Part shown: positions 1 to 9,872 of the stretch, in pieces | Layout of the letters: each line of letters opens with the position of its first letter | Numbering within the stretch: the first letter of the stretch is position 1 | Origin: Octopus sinensis | Lineage: Eukaryota | Direction: 5' to 3' | NCBI RefSeq assembly: GCF_006345805.1 | Contig: NW_021833326.1 | Coordinates: 1 to 27,659 of the forward strand | DNA length: 27,659 bases | Translations under genes and position numbers: made by a program | The notes under the pieces: generated by a model | Seen by the model: only the letters and a program-made list of their open reading frames with translations | Told to the model about the DNA's origin: nothing | The model's database searches: none

Positions 1-248
1 TGATACTTGTTCTGTCGGTGTCTTTTGTCGAACCACTAAGTTACTGGAACGCGTACAATTTAATACCGGTTTCCAAGTGGTGCTGGAAGACAGACACAAA
101 CACACACACACACACAGTATTCTTTAACAATAATAGTACTGACAGTGAGTTCGAAGTTTCGGCTAAGCTGTCGTCGGACTCTACAAAAGTATGGAACGAC
201 CCTTCAGATTAATGTAAATGTTTTTTTTTACTGAAAATAAAAACGGAC

Positions 249-250
<2 letters not shown>

Positions 251-324
<74 letters not shown>
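251..324. repeat. (TA)n microsatellite
   Basis: Perfect dinucleotide run. Confidence 0.95.
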
Positions 325-327
<3 letters not shown>

Positions 328-526
328 GAAAGTATATATATAAGCGAGTGGTCATCCTTAAGTTCTGAGTTCAAATTCCGCAGAGATCAACTTTCGGGTT
401 AATGAAATAAGTACTGGAAGGGTCTAGTCCAACAAATGGACCCCATTTTTTTTTAAAGTCTGATACTTGTTCTGTCGGTGTCGATGTAATCGACTTATCA
501 CCACAGCCGAAATTACATAAACACAT

Positions 527-572
<46 letters not shown>

Positions 573-729
573 CCCCACACACACATGTATGTATCTTATT
601 TTTTAAAATCTTTGATGAATTGCAGACAGGTGATCGCATACATATTTTCTACATGTTATGAAACACTTGTAACATGGAATTAAAGACACATCAATGCTTT
701 CAGTCTTTGTAAATATATGATAGGAGTGG

Positions 730-939
730 TGGCGAGCTGGCAGAATCGTTAGCATGCCGGGTGAAATGCTTTGCGGTATTTCGTCCGCCGCTGCGATCTG
801 AGTTCAAATTCCGCCGAGATCGACTTTGCCTTTCATCCTTTCGGGGTCGATAAATTAAGTACCAGTTACGCACTGGGGTCGATATAATCGACTTAATTCA
901 TTCGTCTGTCCTTGTTTGTCCCCTCTATGTTTAGCCCCT
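730..939 (+). mobile_element. Family A tRNA-derived SINE, near full length
   Basis: GGCGAGCTGGCAGAATCGTTAGC head, GAGTTCAAATTCC B box and GCCTTTCATCCTTTCGGGGTCGATAAA core (resembles the Meta/MESC-type SINE domain, from memory). More than 15 homologous segments in the window. Confidence 0.85.
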
Positions 940-1002
940 GCAGTGGAACTGAACCCGGGACCATGGAGTGGGAACTAATCTTCTTACCACACAACCTCTC
1001 CA

Positions 1003-1047
<45 letters not shown>

Positions 1048-1180
1048 TGTATAAAGCAGGATTCCATACAGTTTCCGTCTATCGAATTCACTCACAAAGC
1101 GTTGGCCGGCTCGGGGCTATAATAAAAGACAGATGCCTAAGGTACCACGCAGTGGGACTGAACCCGGAACCACCTAGTCC
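940..1180 (-). mobile_element. Family B head fragments
   Basis: CAGTGG(G/A)ACTGAACCCGG occurs at ~943 and ~1150. Confidence 0.55.
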
Positions 1181-1300
1181 TAGATTTCACTGTGTCTGAA
1201 TAAAAGACAGCATGGCTTCAGTCTAAAATGTTCAACATCATGGGTTTTGCCGATCAAGGCTGACCTGGGGCTAAACTACAACACATATTTATACGGTGTG

Positions 1301-1918
1301 AAGGCAACCAGCTGGCCGAATCGTTAGCGCGCCGGGCAAAATGCTTAGCGGCATTTCATACGTCTTTACGTTGTGAGCTCAAATTCCGTCGAGGCCAACT
1401 TTGCCTTTCATACTTTCGGGGTCGATTAAATAAGTACCAGTTACGCACTGGGGTCGGTATAATCGACTTAATCCGTTTGTCTGTCCTTGTTTGTCCTCTC
1501 TGTGGTTAGCCCCTTGTGGGTAGTAAAGAAACAGGTATTTCGTCTGCCGTTACGTTCTGAGTTCAAATTCCGCCGAGGTCGACTTTGCCTTTCATTCTTT
1601 CTGGGTCGATATATTAAGTACCAGTTACACACTGGAGTCGATGTAATCGACTTAATCCGTTTGTCTGTGCTTGTTTGTCCCTTCTATGTTTAGCCCCTTG
1701 TGGGTAGTAAAGAAATAAGAATCGTTAGCACGCCGGGCAAAATGCTTAACGGCATTTCGTACGTCTTTACGTTCTGAGTTCAAATTCCGCCGAGGCCAAC
1801 TTTGCCTTTCATCCTTTCGGCGTCGGTAAAAAGAGTACTAGTTGGGCACTGGGGTCAATGTAATCGGCTTACCCTCGCCACACCGAACTTGCTGGCCTTG
1901 TGCTAAAATTTGAAATCA
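1301..1918 (+). mobile_element. Family A tandem trimer; the third unit has the alternative A2 tail
   Basis: Units at 1301-1533, 1534-1717 and 1718-1918. Confidence 0.85.
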
Positions 1919-2102
1919 AAGTTTAGACGGTGTCATATCCATATGTCTCCTTGTGAAATTATGTTCCGTGTCTAGATAACGAGGCTTTTGTTTTCGGCAG
2001 CTTGAAATAAGTACGAAACCAAGGAATTTCGCTACCCTTAAGGAAAATCCTCATCGAGGGTTTCCCTAACTTCCCATGACATGCTGTCTAGCATTAGTAG
2101 TA

Positions 2103-2103
<1 letters not shown>

Positions 2104-2179
<76 letters not shown>
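2104..2179. repeat. (GT)n(GA)n microsatellite
   Basis: Long perfect GA run. Confidence 0.95.
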
Positions 2180-2182
<3 letters not shown>

Positions 2183-3174
2183 CTTATCAAAACGTAAACA
2201 AGATTCTGCTAGACGCTTGTAAAGGTAAATTATTCATAATTCTGCATAATTAAGTTGCCTAGCAAATTCCTGGTGAAACACATTGGACAATTTTAGGGTA
2301 AATGTTCACTACTGACGAAAGACAATTATAGGATCATCTGGGTAGGAAAGAAAAGGCACGAGAACCCTAAAGTGCAAATTGTAGCACGTTTCAGTGGTAT
2401 GCTCGAAAAGTTCCTGGTTCGAGACCTGTCCATGGTAGAATTTGCTTATTTCCTCCTTCAAATTGTTTTTACAAATGTTGAAAAATGTTTATATATTGTT
2501 GTTGTTGTTTAGTTCCGAGATTAGTTTTGATTAAGCAAAGGTATTCCAACCGTGACCATCCTTCTATTTTTCGATTTTCGTGATTACTTTGCTTAATGTG
2601 CCCTTGATATATATATATGAGATGGTGTGGTTTGGGGAATTCTTTGCTGCTACTTTTAGCACGTCGTGTCATTGTGTTGAGTTCTCCCACGTTGGTTAGT
2701 GTTTATAACAAAACCTTAGCTGCTAGTTTTATAATTAAAGCATATTTATTTGATTAACTTAGCAATTAATTGATTAATTACACCAGAATTGATCAATGAC
2801 GTTAAAAGACATTGTGGACCGGCATGACTATCCTAGCCCCTCAATTCTTCCCTTTAGAATAATTTAAGGTCTCTCTGCTAAGTAAGAAAGGTTCATCAAG
2901 CCTTGGGCGCTAGGCTTGTAGAATCGTTAGGGCGTTAGATAATGATGATCTTAGGTATTTGTACCGGCTCCTTACGTTTTGAGTTCAAATCATGCGGTGG
3001 CCTAAGTGACTGGTAGACTCAAACCGTCTCCCTAACGACACCGCCGTGTCTCTGGGTGACTTTGGCGGAGCTTACTGTATTATAAAACATTCGGATCAGA
3101 ACTCTGGTTCCTCTATCACCCCAAAATCTCGGCCATTTCTCGTGACAAAGCGGTAAAAAGAACACGAATAATAG

Positions 3175-3508
3175 CTTCAAATTTTGGCACAGGGCCAGCA
3201 ATTTTGGGGGAGGGGTTAAATCGATTACATCGTCCCGGTACTTATAACTGGTACTTATTTTATCGACCCCGAAAGGATAAAAGGCAAGGTCGACTATGGC
3301 AACATTTAAACTCAAAATGTAAAGTCGAAAGAAATGCCGCTAATTCTTTGTCCGACGCAGTACCGATTCTGCCGCCTCGCCGTCTCAAAGAACTTAAATA
3401 ATGGAGCAGATTTAATATTGGTTTCAAGTTTTGGCAGCAAGCAATATTGGGGGGGGGGAGTGGTCGATTACATCGCCCTCGGTGATCAATTAGTACTTAT
3501 TTGATCGA
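3175..3508 (-). mobile_element. Family A2 SINE plus a partial second copy
   Basis: Core and diverged head at 3175-3381; tail fragment at 3421-3508. Confidence 0.7.
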
Positions 3509-3509
3509 T

Positions 3510-3669
3510 ATTATTTACTTTATTTACATTTGACGGATATTTGTCCTCATCTTGTTTGTTGTTAACACGACTGTTTCGGCTGATATACCCTCCAGCCTTC
3601 ATCAGGTGTCTTGGAGGAAATTTCGAACCTGGGCTCTCATTCCTAAGGTATTTTTCGATGTTGTTGTTG

Positions 3670-3732
<63 letters not shown>

Positions 3733-3797
3733 TTACTGCCTGGAATCGAACTCGGAATCTTGGGGTTAGTAGCCTGCGCTCTTAACCACTAATATAT
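3510..3797 (-). mobile_element. Family F copy 1: tRNA-like head + (AAT/AAC)n + hammerhead-bearing tail
   Basis: Minus strand reads ...TAGTGGTTAAGAGCGCAGGCTACTAACCCCAAGATTCCGAGTTCGATTCC (B box intact, A box damaged), then the microsatellite, HHR and TGTAAATAA-type tail. Homologous to 4455-4780 and 24780-24963. Confidence 0.85.
3564..3610 (-). ncRNA. Minimal type I hammerhead ribozyme with a complete core
   Basis: GACAC-CUGAUGA-A-GGCUG(10-nt loop)CAGCC-GAAA-CAG-UC/GUGUU. Stem I GACAC:GUGUU, 5-bp stem II, 2-bp stem III with a 1-nt loop, GUC triplet. Predicted cut between 3569 and 3568. Confidence 0.8.
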
Positions 3798-3808
3798 GTG
3801 TGTGTATA

Positions 3809-3844
<36 letters not shown>

Positions 3845-4135
3845 TGTATGTATGTATGTGTGTCTGTATGTATGTATGTGTGTGTATGTATGTATGTATG
3901 TATGTATGTATGTATGTATGTGTGTGTGTCTTTCTGTTTGTGTTTGTCTCTCATGCTATCACTTGACAACCGATGTTCGTGTGTTTATGTCCCCGAAACT
4001 AGCGGTTCGGCAAGAAAGACCAATAGGATAAGTACTAGGCATACAAAGAATAAATCCTGGTGTCGATTTGCTCGACTGAAGCTGGCGCTCCAGTATGGCC
4101 GCAGTCAAATGACTGAAACATGTAAAAGAATGTAA
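3797..4135 (+). mobile_element. Family B 3' half preceded by (TATG)n
   Basis: Homology to 6835-7030. Confidence 0.75.
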
Positions 4136-4208
4136 GGATAATATGTATTCAATATGCTTATGCATGTTCGTTGTATGTCTGTACAGGTATGTGTGTATGT
4201 GTGTGTGC

Positions 4209-4246
<38 letters not shown>

Positions 4247-4454
4247 TTTGAACCAATAGATGTATGATCCAGTCGTGACCATCACATTCCTTTTCTTTTT
4301 GCTTGGGGGGGGGGTTAGGATCATCTAATATACTTTATGTTGTTTAAGAAGAGTGAAATCTGAATTTGAATGAGATTTGGCTTTTAGGTCTAGTAGAACA
4401 AAGAAATTCCGTGAAGTGCCCTCATTAACCCTGGTTGATACATAGCTATGGCTA

Positions 4455-4644
4455 CCGTTCAATATTTTTGAGATGAAGAAATTTGTACATTATTTACATT
4501 ATTTACATTGGACAGATATGTGTCCTCATCTTGTTTGTTGTTACCGCAACATTTCGGCTGATTTACTCTCCAGCCTTCATCAGGTGTCCTGGTAGAATTT
4601 TGAACCCATCCCTGGGTTCTCATTCCTAAAGTATTTTTTGCTGA

Positions 4645-4684
<40 letters not shown>

Positions 4685-4780
4685 GTTGTTGTTGTTGTTA
4701 TTTAATCAAGGTACTGCCTAGAATTGAACTCGCAATTTTGGGGTTAGTGGCTCACGCTCTTAACCATTACACTATATACC
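4455..4780 (-). mobile_element. Family F copy 2 with a degraded HHR (4544-4588)
   Basis: Same layout as copy 1. CUGAUGA, stem II and GAAA are retained, but stem III is AUGU and the stem I 3' strand is GCGGU (two mismatches). Confidence 0.85.
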
Positions 4781-4784
4781 AACA

Positions 4785-4935
4785 GGCATATAGCGTAATG
4801 GTTAAGAGGGCGGGCTACTAACCCCAAGATTCCGAGTTCAATTCCTTGAATAAATAATAATAATAATAATAATAATAACAACAACAACAACAACAATAAT
4901 AATAATGATAATAATAATAATAATAATAATAATTA
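4785..4935 (+). mobile_element. Inverted second family F tRNA-like head plus (AAT/AAC)n
   Basis: TAGCGTAATGG A box and GAGTTCAATTCC B box. 52/60 identity to the reverse complement of 4721-4780. Confidence 0.85.
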
Positions 4936-4959
4936 TTATTATTATTATTATTATTCAAA

Positions 4960-5165
4960 ATGTTTGTCACAAGGGAAGCTTGGGGGAGGTGGGGATGAAT
5001 GAATTACATCGACCCCAATGTTTCACTGGTACTTAATTTATTGACCCCAAAAAGATGACAGGCAAAGTCGACCCCTACAGAATTTGAGCTCCGAAACGGG
5101 GACGGACGAAATGCTGCTAAGCATTTAGCCCGGTATACTAACGATTCTGCCAGCTCACCACCTTA
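4960..5165 (-). mobile_element. Family A2 SINE
   Basis: Reverse complement of head, B box and core. Confidence 0.75.
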
Positions 5166-5589
5166 ACGTATATAAATTTTATGAACGAACTCTGAAAAGG
5201 ACTCCATGCAGCTGCCTATTGGTTTATTTCAGTTTGCTTTTCCATCAGGCTTATGTTATTAGAATAATTGAAAATGTGTTGAGAGAACAATGTATATAGC
5301 AAACACAATCTTAATTATGGAACAAAGCAAATACATAATCTATGACACCAACAAGAAAACGCAGGCAGAAAAGTGCTAATGTTTTTTCATTAACTGAACC
5401 TGGGAAAGAACAAAACAGGAAGTGGATGTTTAAAAGTATCGTAGCTGGAATTGAAAGCAAAAAACACGCACACACAACCACCCCACAAAAAAACCCCCTG
5501 CGTGTTTTTAGTTTCATTCATATGTAAATGTATCCCTTCTCTTTAGATTGTAACTCACCTTACGAAGAAAATTCTACACGAATTTCTTA

Positions 5590-5755
5590 TAGGCGCAGGA
5601 GTGGTAAGTAGCTTGCTTACCAACCACATGGTTCCGGGTTCAGTCCCACTGCGTGGCACCTTAGGCAAGTGTCTTCTACTATAGCTTCGGGCCGACCAAA
5701 GCCTTGTGAATGGATTTGGTAGACGGAAACTGAAAAGAAGCCCGTCGTATATATG

Positions 5756-5814
<59 letters not shown>

Positions 5815-6485
5815 ATATGTATGTATGTATGTGTATATGTTTGTGTGTCTGTGATTGTCCCCGACATCGCTTGACAGCCGATAGAATAAGTCCTGGGGTC
5901 GATTTCTTCGACTATATATATATATATATATACTACACACAAGGGGATAAACACAGAGGGGACAAACAAGGACAGACAAACGGATTAAGTCGATTACATC
6001 GACCCCGAAAGGATGAAAGGCAAAGTCGACCTCGGCGGAATTTGAACCCAGAACATAACGGCTACGCATTTCGGCCGGCGTGCTAACGTTTCTGCCAGCT
6101 CGCCTTTCATCCTTTCGGGGTCGATAAATTAAGTACCAGTTACGCACTGGGGGTCGATGTAATCGACTTGATCCATTTGTCTGTCCTTGTTTGTCCCCTC
6201 TGTGTTTATCCCCTTGTGTGTAGTAAAGAAATATATATATATGTGTGTGTGTGTTTGTCTGCGTGTCTTCGTCACTGTGTTTCTCCCCTCTACCCCTTGA
6301 CACTCGTTGTAAATATATTTATGTCCCCGTAACTTAGCGGTTCGGCTTAAGGGACCGATAAGATAAGTACCAGGCTTAAAATAAATAAGTACTGTGATCG
6401 ATTCATTCGACTAAAAATTCTTCAAGGCGGTGCCCCAGCATGGCCGCAGTCTAGTGACTGAAACACGTAAAAGATAAAAGATAAT
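5590..6485 (+). mobile_element. Family B SINE interrupted by the A fold-back, with a duplicated 3' half
   Basis: Head 5590-5748, microsatellite, partial tail to 5912, second microsatellite and tail at 6231-6485. Confidence 0.75.
5931..6231. mobile_element. Fold-back pair of family A SINEs nested in a family B element
   Basis: Minus copy 5931-6104 is joined at GCC(TT) to a plus copy 6102-6231. Confidence 0.8.
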
Positions 6486-6583
6486 CTATATGGTATCAAA
6501 AAATTAATTTTGTGAATTGGCAAAATGTTAATTATATAAAAATGCCAATGAGAAACCCATGACGAAGGGAAAAGATGTTAATA

Positions 6584-7033
6584 AGGAGTGGCTGTGTGGT
6601 AAGTAGCTTGCTAACCAACCACATGGTTCCGGGTTCAGTCCCACTGCGTCGCACCTTGGACAAGTGTCCTCTACTATAGCCTCGGGCCGACCAAAGCCTT
6701 GTGAGTGGATTTAGTAGACGGAAACTGAAAAGAAGCCTGTCGTATATATGTATATATATATATATATATATATAGATATATATATATATATATTATATAT
6801 ATATATATATGCGTGTGTGTGTTTGTGTGTCTGTGTTTGTCCCCCTAGCATTGCTTGACAACCGATGCTGGTGTGTTTATTCCCCGTTACTTAGCGGTTC
6901 GGCAAATGAGACCGATTGAATAAGTACTGGGCTTACAAAAGAATAAGTCCGGGGTCGAGTTGCTCGATTAAAGGCGGTGCTCCAGCATGGCCGCAGTCAA
7001 ATGACTGAAACAAGTAAAAGAGTAAAGAGTAAA
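6584..7033 (+). mobile_element. Family B tRNA-derived SINE, full length, with an internal (TA)n(TG)n microsatellite
   Basis: GGAGTGGCTGTGTGGTAAG A-box region, GGTTCAGTCCC B-box-like motif, CCTTGG(G)CAAGT CORE-like start, microsatellite at 6743-6835 and a 3' (GTAAAAGA)-like tail. Confidence 0.85.
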
Positions 7034-7249
7034 GCAGTTGGGATGAAAAGAATGAGACCCAGTCAGGAAGCAGGAAAGCAAATATGAGTTGACCTGTTTG
7101 AGGCCAAAGAAGGAATGTTTACATTCTCGAGTAACACTTGGAGCATAACACGAATCTGTTGAAAGATCAGGACTAAGATGTGCTTGGTGATGTCATAACA
7201 AACCAACCGTCGACTGGGTTGCTGGCTGGTGACTCGGATGTTGTTATGT

Positions 7250-7742
7250 AGAAAGGGTATGGCCTGGTCAGCCTGTAATGACATGCATAAGATCTGGTCA
7301 TCAAATCTAAGTAGAGACTTCAAACTTGAAATCTTCAAAGCCACAGTCGAACCTGGACATTCTCAAAGAAGCTTAAGAGGCGGTTGGATGGAACCTACAC
7401 TCGCCTCCTTATGAGAGCTCAAAATCTCTCGTGGAAGCGTCATCCAACCAAAATGCAAATATATGGGAAACTACCACCTGTGTCATCTCTTGTGAAAGGT
7501 AGGAGAGTCCAGTTTGCTGGACATTGTTGTAGAGCTGAAAAAGAGGTAATTTCTACTCTTTTCCTCTGGAAGCCATCTACTCGCAATCCCAGAGGGCGCA
7601 CACTCTCCTACCCTGATGTAATCTCCAGGGATACAGGCATCCAGCAACAGGACCTCCGTAATGCTATGATGGACCGTGAAGTCTGGTGTAGCATGATAAA
7701 TTCCATTGTCTCGACCAGGGTCGAACAATGATGATGATGATG
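7250..7742 (+). mobile_element. 5'-truncated RTE-like non-LTR retrotransposon (ORF2 C-terminus) with a (TGA)n tail
   Basis: RKGMAWSACNDMHKIWSS..LEIFKATVEP and DGTYTRLLMRAQNLSW..RRVQFAGHCCR..LFLWKP..MMDREVW match the post-RT region of RTE/RTEX-type LINEs. A deletion/frameshift lies near 7354. Confidence 0.75.
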
Positions 7743-8477
7743 TAGAATTTTACAATTGCGCTTGGCATTGCCCTTGCCCGGCCCTTTGTTGTTCTGGATG
7801 CAGCCAGACATAATGTGTAGGAGGTGGGTAGAAGAATAAAAGTAAATATAAAAATCTATGTAAAATAAAATAAGCAAAACCAAAAATAATTTTTATGAAA
7901 TTTGTAACATTCTCAAACAAAATTTTGAAGTTTTTGTTTTCATTGATATTCAAATACAAATAATCATTTTAAAAATCATTTAAATAAAAGTGGAAATATT
8001 TTTTATGTAATAAATTTGGCAACGATAAATTTTTAATGCCCAATTCCATTAATTTATCAAATTTTAATATATTTGATTAATTTTTTTTAGTATAATTTTA
8101 AATTTTGTGCTAAGCAGTCGTATTTATTATTTTAATTATTAATTATTTGTATTGATTAATTTTTACTATTCGGTACCAAGAAAAAAAACCATCAACATAG
8201 AAACCAATACTTGGCTTAACAATTAAAAATAAATCCTATTTTGCAAAACATAAATGAAATGCACTAATTAATAAGCTTAAATTGCCATATTTATGCTTTA
8301 AATCTATGAATAATCTTATTCACAAAGCATCTTTAACATTTTAAAATTTGAATGAAAAATGATATCGTTTGCATCTAATTTGTGTCTGAAATCACAATTT
8401 TTTGCTCCTATAAGTTGCATCTAAAAATCTGATTACTTTCTAAGCCAAAATGCGAACTCTACATACGATTTATTAAA

Positions 8478-8783
8478 TATTGTTTGTTACTTCTCGAGCC
8501 ATGCCTGGCTCATAGGGCCGGTTTCCCGGTTTCCTTGGCGTATAGGTTCCCCACCTGGACTGGACGCCGGTCCGTCGCAGGTGAGCTGCAAGATGCAGGA
8601 GGAAAGAGTGAGAGAAAGTTGTGGCGAAAGAGTCAGCAGAAGTTCGCCATTACCTTCTGCCGGAGTCGCGTAGAGCTTAGGTGTTTCGCTCATAAACACA
8701 CACATCGCTCGGTCTGAGATTCAAACCCGCGATCCCTCGACCGCGAGTCCGCTGCTCTAACCACTAGGCCATGTGCCTCCACT
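8478..8783 (-). mobile_element. Family D' tRNA-derived SINE with a 9-bp target-site duplication (TSD)
   Basis: Minus head GGCACATGGCCTAGTGGTTAGAGCAGCGGACTCGCGG...GGGTTTGAATC. TTTATTAAA at 8469-8477 and 8784-8792. Confidence 0.85.
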
Positions 8784-9227
8784 TTTATTAAACATACATA
8801 CTTTTAAAATATTGTAAAATCGGAAAATCTTCAGCTTGTGCAAGGCCAACACCCATACTCATCTCGGTGGAATTTTTTAAAAAATGGAACTTGGCCGAAA
8901 TTAGTCAAACTTTGTAACCGATGCAACGCTACCCAACTTCTCTTCACTTTTTACGTTATTTACGAAGCTTGCAATATCACACAATTTATCAGTGATCATC
9001 CTAAAATTTAACCACTCTTGCTTCACATGTCTTTCTCGCCAGCATCAGTTTCGACGTGATTCTCAGTATTAGATTCTTCTCGCTTAGGGCTTTTTAAAGA
9101 AAACTCAACAATACTTAATTTCGCAGACACAATAGAATTAACAATACTAATGTTTTTCTAAAATAACAGATATGATGGTTTAAAAATGGTTTTAGTTCTT
9201 ATCCTTAATGTGTTAGCCTACTTTTGC

Positions 9228-9571
9228 TTTAAACATGTGTAGCACCTTGGGCAAGTGTCTTCTATTATAGCCTCAACCCGACTAAAGTCTTGTGAGTCGA
9301 TTGATTTGGTAAACGGAAACTGAAAGAAGCCTAACGTAAGAGTGTTAAACACTTTCGGTATGCAAATTAGAAACTCCCTCATAGAGTAACTGCTGCATTT
9401 GTTGAGTATATAAAGAGTTTTGCTGCTTGTTTCTCTGGAGACTGTCAGAATGTGTGGACGCTGCTGATGAGAATCCAATAAGGTTCGAAAATCGATTAAG
9501 GTTGTTCGTCATATTTTTTTCCAGTCTGCGGAGAAATGGCTAAAATTTGCCCTGTTTATAAGTATACCATG

Positions 9572-9611
<40 letters not shown>

Positions 9612-9872
9612 TCCAATATAACATACACACACACACATATATATATATATGTTTGTGTTTTTCTGTCTGTGTTTGTCTCCCACCACCGCTTGACAACCGG
9701 TGTTGGTGTGTTTACGACCCCGTAAGCTAACGGTTCGTCAAAAGAAACCAATAGAATAAGTACTTGGTTTAAAAAAAATAAGTACTGGGGTCGATTTGCT
9801 AGATTAAAACCCTTTAAGATGGTGCTCCAGCATGTCCACAGTTAAATGCCTGAAACAGATACAAGATAAAAT
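9228..9872 (+). mobile_element. Family B SINE split by a ~230-bp insert carrying the second HHR motif
   Basis: Partial head 9228-9332, unrelated insert ~9333-9560, microsatellite and tail ~9570-9872. Confidence 0.65.
9464..9498 (+). ncRNA. Second, unrelated hammerhead-like motif (probable Penelope-like element remnant)
   Basis: CUGAUGA-GAAUC(CAAUAA)GGUUC-GAAA-AUCGAU-UA. 5-bp stem II, palindromic AAUCGAUU stem III, weak stem I. TATATAAA at 9407-9414. Confidence 0.5.

Noticed and set aside
2398-2420. TGCTCGAAAAGTTCCTGG resembling a mariner TIR
   Set aside because: No matching second TIR found nearby.
3766-4324. ORFs such as MYVCMYVC.../HTYIHTYI... (also at 16106-16736, 20085-20906 and 25721-26254)
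   Set aside because: Translations of (TATG)n/(CATA)n microsatellites with no coding signal.
4785-4850. Genuine tRNA gene (also the heads at 8710-8783 and 15590-15661)
   Set aside because: A and B boxes are present but the acceptor and anticodon stems do not pair properly, and each head is attached to repeat body sequence.
7063-7250. Minus-strand ORF 7063-7344 as part of the LINE
   Set aside because: No RT or endonuclease motifs; only the plus-strand sequence from ~7250 resembles RTE ORF2.
8800-9120. Possible decayed transposase on the minus strand (KQEWLNFRMITDKLCDIASF...)
   Set aside because: No recognisable catalytic motif; too short and interrupted to call.
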